From: Octopus vulgaris
Taxonomy: Eukaryota
Assembly: GCA_951406725.2 (NCBI GenBank)
Contig: OX597827.1
Location: 38,192,001 to 38,256,000, forward strand
Direction of reading: 5' to 3'
Length of the DNA stretch: 64,000 nt
This document shows positions 25,665-37,844 of the stretch, one piece after another. The position numbers were made by a program, and so were the translations under genes. The notes under the pieces were generated by a model that did no database searches, had not been told where the DNA came from, and was given only the letters and a program-made list of their open reading frames with translations. Within the stretch, counting starts at the first letter, position 1. Every line of letters begins with the position of its first letter.

Positions 25665-26580
25665 TGACCTGACACCTGCACAGGTGCATTTTTTATGTGG
25701 CGCAGGTGCTTTTCACATGATGCCAACACAGGTGTTCTTTAACATGGTCCCTGCAATGGTGCTTTTTCACATGGCACCAGCACAGGTGTTCTTTCATATG
25801 GTACCTGCACAGGTGCTCTTCCACATGACACCAGTACAGGTGCTCGTTTATGTGATACTGACACAGGTACTTGTATATGTTATACTGGCACAAGTGCTCT
25901 TTTATGTGTACTGGCACAGGTGCTGTTTTACATGTCACCAGCACAGGTGCTCTTTTACGTGGTGCTGGCACAGGTGCTCTTTTACGTGGGGTGGCACAGG
26001 TGCTCTTTTACTTGGCGCTGGCACAGGTGCTCTTTTACGTGGCACTGGCACAGGTGCTCTTTTACGTGGGGCTGGCACGGGTGCTCTTTTACGTGACGCT
26101 GGCACAGGTGCTCTTTTACGTGGTGCTGGCACAGGTGCTCTTTTACGTGACGCTGGCACAGGTGCTCTTTTACGTGATGCTGGCACAGGTGCTCTTTTAC
26201 ATGGAGCTGGCACAGGTGCTCTTTTACGTGGAGCTGGCACAGGTGCTCTTTTACGTGGCACTGGCACAGGTGCTCTTTTACGTGACGCTGGCACAGGTGC
26301 TCTTTTACGTGACGCTGGCACAGGTGCTCTTTTACGTGACGCTGCCACAGGTGCTCTTTTATGTGACGCTGGCACAGGTGCTCTTTTACTTGGCGCTGGC
26401 ACAGGTACTCTTTTACGTGACGCTGGCACAGGTGCTCTTTTACTTGGCACTGGCACAGGTGCTCTTTTACGTGGTGCTGGCACAGGTGCTCTTTTACGTG
26501 GTGCTGGCACAGGTGCTCTTTTATGTGGCACTGGCACAGGTGCTCTTTTAAATGATGACAGCACAGGTCCTCTTTTACAT
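25665..26580. repeat. 27-bp minisatellite (GGCACAGGTGCTCTTTTACGTGACGCT), ~34 units
   Basis: Direct tandem units, diverged on the left and homogeneous on the right; source of the spurious 9-aa-repeat ORFs. Confidence 0.95.
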
Positions 26581-27154
26581 TCTGCTTACACCTAAACCAT
26601 GTGGTATAATATTCTGTTCTGTTTTGCATGACACCTTTTATATGTCTCTATCTCTAGCTTTGGAGTACTTTATAACTTGGAGTAAAAATGCGGATTGTGA
26701 AAGGAAAGCCTGTTGACTTTGGAACTGTTAATGATATTTTAATTATATCGACACCAAAACTAGTACGAGGTGTATATTCTCGACAAAAACTCTTGAAGCA
26801 CGGCCACAATCAAATGACTGGAACTGATACAAAATTGTATTAAAGAATATCAAAACCAGATGCTTAAAATATTTTTCAATCCCCTGGTTTACAAATTTAC
26901 ATTATTCTAAACATTAAATTATCAAATCTCCGCTCTTTCTTGGCAGTGCCTACTCGATTTTATGAAGGACTTTAAACTGTCCTTCTTCCTTAATACCATC
27001 AAAACAATGGGACTTAGCAAACATATGAAACCTCCTCCTCCTCATTCATCTTTGAGAAAACTAGACATCGTTGCGTGAGATCTATGGTTTGTTGTTGAAG
27101 GGAGATAACTTTTGATTGACTTATCTCCCTCAAATTACTCGTCTTGATATAGAT

Positions 27155-27545
27155 GCCGACATGACTGTGTGGTAAAATGCTTGCTTCCCAATCACATGGC
27201 TCCACGTTTAGTCCCACTGCATGAAGCCTTGGCCAAATGTTGGGCTTCTACTATAGCCTCAAGTACACCAAAGCCTTGTGAATAGATTTGGCAGATAGAC
27301 AGAAACTGATAGAAGGCCGTTGTGTGTGTGTGTCTTTGTTTCTGTGTCAGTCCACCACCACTTGACAACCAGTGTTGGTGTGTTTACGTCCCCATAACTC
27401 AGCAGTTCGGCCAAAGAGACCAATAGAATAAGTACCAGACTTTTAAAAACAGATAAATACTGGGGTTGATTCGTTCAACTGAGAATTCTTCAAGGTGGCA
27501 TCCCAGCTTGACCACGGTCTAATGACTGAAGCAAGTAAAAGAAAG
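27155..27545 (+). mobile_element. tRNA-headed SINE, major family
   Basis: Head, core and tail as in 7395-7800. Confidence 0.8.
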
Positions 27546-27702
27546 ATAAAAAATCTTGCAAAAGGAAATATGCATTAGATGATGTAGCAGCCCCATCCAA
27601 ACTTTATTTTTCAATGGCTTTGTTGTGGGAGGAAGGGCAATGTCATACCCTTCCTGATGGCTTTTGTGACTGACAGAAAAACTGGGCATAAAAGGAATCA
27701 TA

Positions 27703-28263
27703 CAAGGGGAAGTCAAAAATTACCTGCACTTTCGCTATAACATATCTTTATTATTGTCACACTACTTTCTGTACGTGTGTACTATTGTGGTCACATGATT
27801 GAAGTTTGAACCTGATCGCACCATTTTTCTGTCTGGCTATACAGTGTAAGCATGGTCATTCCACTAACAATGTGTACCTAAGAAGAACAAAGAGCAGTGA
27901 TCTGATTTCTCTGGTCAGAAGGTGTGTCAGGTGCTGAAATTTATCAGAATCTTTCAGCACAATACAGGGACAATGCACTATTGTGTTGAAGTGTGTATGA
28001 GTGGATCGAGAAGTTTAAAAGTGGCCGGACAAGTGTGATGCACAAAGAGGGAACATGATGCCCATCAACCACCACCACTGCCAAGAAGATTGAGCAAGCT
28101 CGAGAGATGGTAGTGGTGAACCAGTTCACCATTACCATCTCTCGGATCACTGCTGTATGTTCTTTGGTGCACATTGCTAGTGGAGCGCCATCCTTTCACT
28201 GTAAAGCCAGAAAGAAAAATGGTGCGATCGGGCTCAAACTTCAATCACGTGACCACAATAGTA
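27703..28263 (+). pseudogene. Mariner 5' fragment with an inverted copy of its own 5' region
   Basis: TA|caaggggaagtcaaaaatt end; relic peptide EEQRAVI.FLWSEGVSGAEIY...VYEWIEKFKSGRTSV (mariner HTH); 28145-28263 is the reverse complement of 27780-27903. Confidence 0.8.
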
Positions 28264-28299
28264 TCAATTATAAGTATGCATGCGCAGAAGGCAGTGTGA

Positions 28300-28560
28300 C
28301 TATATGTAGTGTGCAAGAAAGACAACCGCACTGGTATGGGCATGTGATGTGTATGGATGAGGAGAGCTGTGTAATGAAGTGTCCATTACTTAATGTGGAT
28401 GGAGCTTGTGGGAAAGAGAGACCCAAGAAGATATGCGATGAAGTGGTGAAGGCTGGTCTCAGGATCTTTTACTTCATGGAGGTGATGACTAAAGACAAAG
28501 ATGACTGGTGATATGTAGTTATCATGAAGACCTGCTCATATCAGCAAAACTAATCATGGA
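28300..28560 (+). mobile_element. Decayed RTE-clade LINE C-terminal fragment
   Basis: QERQPHWYGHVMCMDEE...GKERPKKICDEVVK matches the RTE ORF2 C-terminal pattern (R.RW.GHV.R...GRP). Confidence 0.7.
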
Positions 28561-29571
28561 ACCACTCTGTGTGTGTGCGCACGGACACATGCACACAACT
28601 GGGCCCTTCATCCACTTTCCTCTTCATGACAAGCCCACCTCCCATTATCTCTGTTACTTGATGCAACTAATCTTCGCTACCCAGAACCATTTCACTTGAT
28701 ATTCATTCTTCATTTTTAATACTGTCCTCTCCGTCCACATTTTACATTGATCACCACCACCCCTGACCAACCAAATTGTCTCTCACTCCCCCTATGCATT
28801 ACACCTGCCTCTTTCTCACCCTCACAACCCACCTTACTACATGTCGTCTCTCTCGTCTTACCTCTGTGTACTGTATCATTGTTACTATACAGCTTCTCTT
28901 TGCCCTCATGCATTATTAATCACCCCTCCCAGCCCTTATCCACCATGCACTACATCTACCCCTCAACCCTATCCAATCTCTATGCTTGTCACTTATTCAT
29001 CTCTACCTCCCCTACTTATCATCCACTCAACAGTTATTCTTCATTCATATATACTCCCACTGCACACCTTCCCCATCTCTCACTCTCCCACACACACTTG
29101 CAACCTCTAACTCACACTTCTGGTTTTTCTGTCCCTTCTCACTTCTACTTACCTTGCACTTTGAAGGCACCCCCCCCCCACGGCATCTCATCAATATTTT
29201 TATTTCTTCCCTGCACCTTCCTGACCACCATGATCCACCTTCTCTTGTAAATTGCAAGTAGCTATGTATTTCCTCTACAGCAAGAAACCTGTTCTTCTCT
29301 GACCCCTCATCTAACATAAAGCTGCTTCTCTTGAGGGTCTGTAGTCTTGCAAGCTGCATAATGGCCTCACTAGTGCTAGTACCACAGAAGAAGCACCCAG
29401 TACAGCTGTAAAGGGGTTTACATTAGGAAGGGCATCCAGCCATAAAACCCAAGCCAAAGTAGACAGTGGAGCACAATGCAATCTTTGGACCCATCAGATC
29501 CTGTCAAACTGTTCAACCTATGCCAGCATGGAATGTGCACATCAAATGACGACACTAATTTTCTATATACA

Positions 29572-30445
29572 CAGGATGCAATGAATAAACTGTCGTCTAA
29601 ATTATGCAGAAATGAAAATAACAGACATCTCATTTTTACAGATTTATTTACCAAAATCACATAAAAATATCTTGAAATACTAAAGAGTCAATGTATTCAA
29701 TAAAATTGCCATTGGCTTCAACCATGGCCTCCAGACAACTTCAGAATTTCCTGCAGCTTTTCTGGAGGGTCTTTTTGTTTAAGTTGGTGAATGTTGTCAT
29801 AATCCTTACCTTCAGTTCATCTTTGGTGTTACAAGGAGTTTTGTTGGTCTCTTGCTCAATTGTGCCCCACACATAATAAAGTGGGGTGCAGTGTAGGGAG
29901 TTAGGTGACCAGATTTTTGGGATGATGTGGTTGCAGAAATTGTCTGACACCCATGATTGGGTTCTCCTGCTTGTGTGGTACGGTGCAGAGTCCTGTTGCC
30001 AGACATAGGATCTTCCAGCAGCCACCCTCTTGACCCAAGGCAGCACTACTTCTTCCAGGCACTTAATGTAAGCCTTCGTATTGAGTCTGAGGCCATGTGG
30101 GAAGATGAGTGGAGCCATAACTCTTATCAGAACAATCAGAGTGAGTTTTCTGAGCTGCTGTACCTTCATAATCATCATTAGACTCATCCAGCTCTTTCAA
30201 AATTTTCTACTCTGTCCTCAGATTGACACTCAAACACTCTGAAATGTTCATATTGGAGCTTCCAGCATGAATGCCAAGCAGTACAGCATGTCATTTCTAA
30301 ATTTCTTTCAAAGTGAATTGCATCATGGTGCTGTTTTTCTCACAGACAGTGCCCAACTGACCCTACTATACTGTGCAGTTGACAAAATCAAAAACAGCAA
30401 TCAACTATCAAATAAGGGATGGAGCTTATTTCATTACGCAGCAGA
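29572..30445 (-). pseudogene. Internally deleted Tc1/mariner (maT-like) element
   Basis: YVWQQDSAPYH and WSPNS..CTPLYYVWG catalytic motifs in ORF 29741-30187; terminus caggatgcaatgaataaa. Confidence 0.8.
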
Positions 30446-30710
30446 CTAAACTGAAACCAGCCAAGTAAGATGGCTTTCTCAGGAACAACAAAAGAAATTG
30501 ATATTGCTTAATAAAGGATCAATGCAAGAAATTATTTTTCTGATGCTACCTAACTCTAAGCCAGTTTCCACTATACTAGAAGCCTAAACTGATTGCGACA
30601 TTGCTCATCCTTGGACTGATCTTCTTTTTTCCATATTCTTCAGAAATAAAAACGAATTTAGGTTATTAACCCTTTAGCATTTAAAGCAGCCATATTCGGC
30701 TAAAGTATTC
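30350..30710 (+). repeat. ~350-bp local direct duplication, copy 1
   Basis: Visually about 90% identical to 32470-32830. Confidence 0.85.
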
Positions 30711-30756
30711 TACAAAATAAAAAATAAAAAATGGCAACAATTTACCCATCGCATCC

Positions 30757-30809
<53 letters not shown>

Positions 30810-31598
30810 TTGTCATCATCATTTAACATATTTTCTATGCTAGCATGGGTTGGATGGTGTCACCAGGGCTGGCAAGCTGGAGAGCTGCACCAGACTCCAG
30901 TCTGATCTGGCATGGTTTCTACAGCTGGGTGCCCTTCCTAATGCCAACCACCATATATAATGTGCTAGATGCTTTTACATGGCACTGCATGGATGCTTTT
31001 ATGTGGTGCTGTACAGATGTTTTTACATGTCGCTGCTTGGGCGTTGTTATGTGGCACTGCACAGGCGCTTTTATGTGACTCCACCATGGGTGCCTTACAC
31101 AATTAGAAGGATCTGTCATGACACTTCAGCTGTGGGGTACAGGTCTTCTTGAGTACAGCCAGGTACTAGATATCTCAGTCCTTTGTCATCTTGCCTGAAA
31201 GGTTTAGCTTCTTGAGGTCATTCTTCAGTACTTCATCCCATGTCTATGGTTCAAATGTATACAAAACCAAAGACAGGCAAAGGAACAACAAGCGTCTTAG
31301 TTTGACGATTCCTTTATTGCCTGACTGCTAATCTCACCTATGCACATCTACTTTGCTTTTCATATTTCTGTGGTTAATTGATATTGATCTAATTAACTAT
31401 ACCTTAGCTAGTGAAGCTCCAGAATGGCTACAGTCTTATGATTGAAACAAGTAAAAGAATATCATATATAAATATACAGTATATGGTTCATACTCATGCT
31501 GGCATTGTTTTCCCAAAAACTTCTCATATTCATGACCAATAATAAACCTTGCTTTCTCTTCTGCATTTTTAACCTTATTTTTCTCTTCTTCACCACAG

Positions 31599-31703
31599 TC
31601 AGTCATTGTCAGGGAACGAAAACGAGCTGGGATAACACCTAATCTTCCTTCAATCGAAGATCGAGAAGAAATCAGAAGGACTAGATTTGGACCTGTACTG
31701 TAA
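31599..31703 (+). CDS. CHCHD7: CHCHD7/COX23 coding exon 3 (SVIVRERKRAGITPNLPSIEDREEIRRTRFGPVL*)
   Basis: Long polypyrimidine tract + cacag|T, phase 0; matches the family C-terminus (R..G..P..P...R..I); TAA at 31701-31703; AATAAA near 31965. Confidence 0.9.
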   Translation, partial: SVIVRERKRAGITPNLPSIEDREEIRRTRFGPVL

Positions 31704-32077
31704 GAGCTGATTCCATTCCTGAGATTGGACTGTCATTTTGGACTTGTAAAACCTCAGAATATTCATAGTGATGCAATCCAGCCTGAGATAGCTGTGACAC
31801 AAAAACCTCTTTAGTATGTGTTTGTAACAGCATTTTATAGTGTCACCTAACAAAAAAAAAATAGAACAGTGGAATAGTTTATTTTATTTTTTATTATATT
31901 TATTAATTTTTATTCCAGTTCAAATCACACCTAGAATGACTTTGTCTTTCATCTTTTCAGGATCAATAAAATTGATGTCTGTTATTACAATGGAATTGAT
32001 TCAATGAACTATATCACCAACTTGACTAAAATATTGTTTTGCCTTAAATATTTACATCCATTCTTTTCATACTGAGT

Positions 32078-32330
32078 GGAGGTGCGTGGCTTAGTGGTTA
32101 GGGTGTCAGCACCATGATCGTAAGATTGTGGTTTCAATTCCTGAACCAGGCAACGCGTTGTGTTCTTCAGCAAAACACTTCATTTCATGTTGCTCCAGTC
32201 CACTCAGCTGGCAAAAATGAGTAACGCTGCGATGGACTGGCGTCCCATCCAGCTGGCGAACACATGTGCCGTAGAAACCAGGAAACCGGGCCCATGAGCC
32301 TGGGTAGGCTTTAAAAGGGCGCATTTATTT
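32078..32330 (+). mobile_element. tRNA-headed SINE, second family
   Basis: gtggcttagtggttagg A-box, gtttcaattcc B-box, ctgcgatggactggcgtcccatccag central domain; related head at 33540-33680. Confidence 0.75.
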
Positions 32331-32469
32331 TTATTATTATTTTCATACTAACACTGATATGATGGCGTTTTTGTTTGAGTGATCATATTTATGTAGTTGG
32401 ATGGATGTTGCTCATCCCTTCCAAGTGTTAACCACTCGACTATCAAATAAGGGATGGAGCTTATTTCTT

Positions 32470-32830
32470 GCCCAACTGACCCTACTGTGGTGTGCAGTCG
32501 ACAAAATCAAAAACAACAATCAATTGTCAAATAAGGGACGGAGCTTATTTCATTATGCAGACAGACCAAACTGAAACCAGCCAAGTAAAATGGCTTTCTC
32601 AGGAACAACAAAAGAAATTGATATTGCTTAACAAAGGGATCAATGCAAGAAATTATTTTTCTGATGCTACCTAACTCTAAACCAGCTTCCACTATACTAG
32701 AAGCCTAAACTGGTTGTGACACTGCTCATCCTTGTACTGATCTTCTTTTTTCCATATTCTTCAAAACTAAAAGCAAATTTACGTAGTTTAATTTATCATT
32801 TAAAGTGGCCATATCTAGCCAAAGTATTCT
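32470..32830 (+). repeat. ~350-bp local direct duplication, copy 2
   Basis: Matches 30350-30710; preceded by an extra copy of ctatcaaataagggatggagcttatttc. Confidence 0.85.
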
Positions 32831-33975
32831 GTCACTTTTATGTTCAAACTGACTAGATTCAACATCTCACACCTACCCTATAATGCCATTGTAAAAAATA
32901 AACAATTATCATCATCTAACATCCGTTTTCCATGCAGGCATGGGTTGGACAGTTTGACTGGGGACTGGCAAGCCAGGAGGCCTCACTAGGCTCCAATCTG
33001 ATTTGTGAATGTTTCTAGAGTTGGATGCCCTTCCTATTGACAACCACTCCGAGAGTGTAGTGGGTGCTTTTTATATGCCACTGGCATGGGAGCTAGTCAC
33101 ATCATCAAAATCTTGAATTCACAAGGCAATGCATGATTAATTCAAAACAATCTGAATAAATAAGAATTACGTTTGATAAAACGCTAAAGGGTTAAACATA
33201 AAATATAATAATTACATTAGGGCATTTAGTGAAGGGGTTTGAAGAAATTGATGAGAGTTTGGCTGAGAATTTGGATGTTTGTTTGCTGCTGTGGAACTTT
33301 ATAAAAGGGGGATTTTACAAAAGAGTTATAAAAAAAGAAAAATGTCTTTCAGATTAAATTTGTTTTCTACCTCATGTCAGCGTTTCTTGTTTGTCCCTTA
33401 TTTCTCAATGATGCTCCTTGTCGGCATGGAATCACAGGGCTGAGGGAAACACTGGCCAATATGTTATATTTCATCATCAGTCCTATCCTGTGTCCATAGC
33501 AAAGAAGATATTAGTTAACTTTTTATGACTTTTGCTTGTGAAGGTGTGTGGCTTGGTGGTTAAGATTATTTGGTTTAGAATCATAAGGTCATGGGTTCAA
33601 TTCCTGGCAGCCTGTTGTGCCCTTGAGGACAACACTTTATTTCATGTTGCTCCACTCCATTCAGCTGTCAAAAATGAGTTATTCCTGTTTTTCAAAGGGC
33701 CAACCTTGTCACATTCTGTGTCATGCTGAATCTCTGAGAACTGCATTAAGGGTACACATGTCTGTGAAGTGCTCAGCTACTTGGGCATTAATTTCAAACG
33801 CAGGCTGTTCCAGTGATTGGATCAACTGGGACACTTATAACTAACAGAGTGCCTGTTTTTTGGGGGGGTTTTTTCATGGTTTTGCTTACTTGCTGGTTCT
33901 TATTGTTTCAATCCAGATCAGCCCTGTCCACCAGACTTATGATCAAAAATATTTCAGCCATGACCATCCAACTGC

Positions 33976-34142
33976 TTATTCAAATACAGTGTATATGTAG
34001 GACCACATTACCTAGTTTAGCCTGCCTGTTTTAATATGATATGGTATGATTTAAGATATTTATTCAAATACAGTGTATATGTAGGACCACATTACCTAGT
34101 TTAGCCTGCCTGTTTTAATATGATATGGTATGATTTAAGATA
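33976..34142. repeat. Near-perfect 84-bp tandem duplication
   Basis: ttattcaaatacagtg...atgatttaagata occurs twice. Confidence 0.9.
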
Positions 34143-34258
34143 GGTTTGGTTGCTATTTTCACATATAGTTTAGCCATTGTTTTGTGGGTTGCAACCTTTG
34201 ACTTGCAATATTTTTAAAGATTCTTTATTTTCAAACTTCCAGAAATCATTATCATCAT

Positions 34259-34683
34259 CAGGACTTGATTAAGACCCATAGAGGCCCTAAGCACTTAAAA
34301 GGTTTTGGTGCCCTCAAGTATATGTAAATGGTCCAAAATATTAACAAAAATAATTCAAATTGTAAACGATAATAAACCATAAAATAAATTTTTATTTTTC
34401 AAAATGAAACAAAATTCACAGAAAGATAATGTTTATTTTGGTATGCTTCCATTTTCTCCATTTTTTTCTTTTTAATTACAAAGTGATTGGTGATATCGTT
34501 AAAATTAATTTTACATAAAACTTCTGCTTCTATACTCAGTAGAGATAAGACATTACGAATATTATTTTAACAAGTTTAAAATGATTTCTTTTGTACTGTA
34601 AACCATTTTCATTTCTGTGGCGCCTCCATCCTTTGATGCCCTAAGCACATGCTTATTTAGCTTAATGGGTTAATCCTGTGCTG
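34259..34683 (-). mobile_element. Non-autonomous hAT element with residual transposase tail
   Basis: CAG...CTG ends, perfect 8-bp TSD atcatcat, subterminal gccctaagcac repeats, minus-strand relic LSLLSIEAEVLCKINFNDI. Confidence 0.8.
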
Positions 34684-35011
34684 ATCATCATCCTTACATT
34701 TGGGGTTTCTTTTCTTCCATACTGTCATGGATTGATTGGACATGTTTGCCTTACATCATAATGCCATTCATCTTTGTTCTTCGTCCCCTCATCTGTAATC
34801 CCTAACATTGCAAGATCAATCCTCATCACTTCTATCCATCTCTTCCTCAGTCTTACTCCATTCACAATGCGCAGCAAAGTATCATCCATCAATCCTCACT
34901 TGTTCATAACCCATGCAGGAGTTTATACGCAAATACTTAACCTGCAAAAATAGCAGCCAAATCTTCAAATCATGGTTTATTGCCTCAAAAAAATGTGAGA
35001 ACACTTAGGAC

Positions 35012-35410
35012 ATGGGCATGGCTGTGTGGGAAGAAGATTATTTCCTAATCACATGGTTCTGGGTTCAATCCCACTGCATGGCACCTTGGGCAAGTGTCTT
35101 CTACTATAGCCTCGAGCCAACCAAAGCTTTGTAGGTGGGTTTGGTAGAAGGAAACTGAAAGAAGCCTGTTGTGTGTGTGTGTGTGTCCTTGTTACCCACC
35201 ACTGCTTGACAGCCATTGTTGATGTGTTTTAAATCTCCATAACTACTTAGCAGTTCAGCTAAAAGAGGCTGATAGAATTGGCACAACAAAAGGAATAAGT
35301 ACTGGGGTCAAATAATTTGACTAAAAATTCTTCATGGCACTGCCCCAGCATGGCCACAATTGAATGACTGAAACAAGTAAAAAAATAAAAGGAAAGGTAA
35401 AAAGATAAAT
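35012..35410 (+). mobile_element. tRNA-headed SINE, major family
   Basis: Head, core and tail as in 7395-7800. Confidence 0.8.
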
Positions 35411-35489
35411 TTGCCTAAACAGTTGCAAGACTATAAGGTTTATAACTGCAAGAATGTTGCTATTGAACTGTGTCTCTGATGGACTAAAA

Positions 35490-35655
35490 CAGTGGTTCCC
35501 ATCCCTTTTATTTAAATGAGTTTTCCCACGAACCCCTTTTAATATGCTTATCCTTATGTTTGTGTGTGTGTATATATGTATGTATATATGAAATTCTGAA
35601 TTTAGTTCATGGAGCTCCAATATTGCCTTTGTGGACCCCAGGTTGGGAACCACTG
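35490..35655. mobile_element. hAT (Charlie-like) MITE
   Basis: CAGTGGTTCCCA / TGGGAACCACTG; TSD gactaaaa/gactagaa. Confidence 0.85.
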
Positions 35656-36530
35656 GACTAGAAGGTTGCTAACTAGTTACCATCTACCAAATTCACTTAC
35701 TAGGCACTGGTCAGCCCGGGGTTATAGTAGCAGATACTTGCCCAAGGTACCATGCAGTGGGAGTGAACCTGAAACCATGTGGTTACAAAGTGAGCTTCTT
35801 AATTGCACGGCTATACTTGTGCATATACTCTTTTACTTGTTTCAGTCATTTGACTGTGGCCACGCTGGAGTACCGCTTTTAGTTGAGCGAATCGACCCCA
35901 GGACTTAATCTTTGTAAGCCTAGTACTTATTCTTCACACATACACAATGGGCTTCTTTCAGTTTCTTTCTACCAAATCTACTCACAAGGCTTTGGTCAGC
36001 CTGAGGTTATAGAAGAAAGACACTTGCCCAAGTTGTCGGTTCAAAATTGTACAAACGACAAACATCAAAAGACAGAAACAAGTGGGAGAACAACAAACAA
36101 TGTATATTAGTTTGGTGCTTGGGAAAAATGGAAGAGTCTTTGACATTTCAAGCTTACACTCTTCTACAGAGAGCAATGAGGAGAGAAAACAATAGAGAGA
36201 TTAAAAAAAAAACAATGGAGAGAGGAAAAAAAGTGTGGCGAAGTACTTCACCACCTCTCCACCCAGATTATGCTTGGAACTTTATATTTCTTGGACTCTC
36301 CCATCATGGATCTTATTGTACATTGTTGTTGATCTGTATGTGTGTGTGTGCGTGTGCATTTTTCCCTTTGTCTTGCTCCTGAAGATCAATAGTTATGCTT
36401 TTAGCAAAAAACTATGAGAAATATTATTGTTTTCTATATAAAATATGAATATTTGCAAACTACAAGCATTGTGTACATTATATACATTATTTACATTTGA
36501 CGGATATTTGTCCTGATCTTGTTTGTTTTT

Positions 36531-36576
36531 AACATAATGTTTCGGCTGATATACCCTCCAGCCTTCATCAAGTGTC
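36531..36576 (-). ncRNA. Minimal type-I hammerhead ribozyme motif, slightly decayed
   Basis: gacac TTGATGA A ggctg-loop-cagcc GAAA ca TT atgtt. Confidence 0.6.
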
Positions 36577-36840
36577 TTGGGGAATTTTCGAACCTGGATT
36601 CTCATTCCTAAGGTATTTTTCAATGTTAGTATTATTATTATTATTATTCAGGTCACTGCCTGGAATTGAACTCAGAATCTTGAGGTTAGTAGCCCGTGCT
36701 CTTAACCACAAAATTCCAGGTTCGATTCTAACCCCAAGATTCTGAGTTCGATTCCAGGCAGTGACCTGAATAAAAATAATAATAATAATAACATCGAAAA
36801 ATACCTTAGGAATGAGAACCCAGTTTCGAAATTTCCCTAA

Positions 36841-36886
36841 GTCACCTGATGAAGGTTGGAGGGTATATCAGCCGAAATGTTGTGTT
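36841..36886 (+). ncRNA. Minimal type-I hammerhead ribozyme motif
   Basis: gtcac CTGATGA A ggttg-loop-cagcc GAAA tg TT gtgtt; the two-copy consensus restores palindromic AACGTT stem III. Confidence 0.7.
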
Positions 36887-37149
36887 AACAACAAACAGGA
36901 TCAGAACAAATATCCATCAAATGTAAATAATGGACATAATTCCTCATCTCTTAAATATAGAACTGAAGCATTGTGTACATGAACTTTAACAAATCATGGT
37001 CAGAGGTTTGCTTCTCAACCACATGGTTCTGGGCTCAGTCCCATTGCATCATGCCTTAATAACATTTTCCATTATAACTTTGGGCCAACCAAAGCCTTGT
37101 GGGTGGATTTGGTGAACAGAAACTGAAAAAAGCCTGTCACACACACACG

Positions 37150-37159
37150 TATGTATGTG

Positions 37160-37192
<33 letters not shown>

Positions 37193-37211
37193 GTATATAT
37201 ATATGTATATA

Positions 37212-37257
<46 letters not shown>

Positions 37258-37719
37258 TATATATGTATATATGTATGTATGTATGTATGTATATATGTAT
37301 ATATATATATCGAAATCGATCAATGGAAATCGATCAATGGAAATTGCAGATGTGTTACCAGTGCCGGTGGCATGTAAGAGAACTTTCCGTTTCGCGACCG
37401 TTGCCAGCACCGCCCCGTTTCGTGTCCGTTGCCAGCCTCGCCTGGCCCTCGTGCCGGTGGCACATAAAAAGCACCATCCGTTCGTGGCCGTTTGCCAGCT
37501 CTGTCTGGCACCAGTGCGGGTGGCACGTAAAAAGCACCCACTACACTCACGGAGTGGTTGGCGTTAGGAAGGGCATCCAGCCGTAGAAACACTGCCAGAT
37601 TTGACTGAGCCTGATGAAGCCTTCTGGCTTCACAGACCCCAGTAGAACCGTCCAACCCATGCTAGCATGGAAAACGGACGCTAAACGATGATGATGATGA
37701 TGATGATGATATATATATG

Positions 37720-37750
<31 letters not shown>

Positions 37751-37783
37751 GTATATATATATATGTATATATATATGTATATA

Positions 37784-37844
<61 letters not shown>

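Larger units (their letters stand above)
25060..26590 (-). mobile_element. RTE-tail retroposon interrupted by a solo LTR and carrying an expanded minisatellite
   Basis: (CAT)n + ttttccatgctag|insert|catag gttggacgg...ggatgcccttcctaac is the reverse complement of the RTE-like tail seen at 37550-37710. Confidence 0.7.
36479..36965. mobile_element. Inverted pair of tRNA-headed, hammerhead-bearing short elements with 15-bp TSD
   Basis: Arms 36479-36709 (-) and 36728-36965 (+); TSD aagcattgtgtacat at 36464-36478 and 36966-36980. Confidence 0.85.

Noticed and set aside
25648-26629. CRISPR-like array or repeat-protein ORFs
   Set aside because: Contiguous 27-bp tandem units without unique spacers, no cas genes, eukaryotic intron context.
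30540-30625. Box C/D snoRNA within the duplicated segment
   Set aside because: TGATGC is not a canonical C box and no terminal stem is evident.
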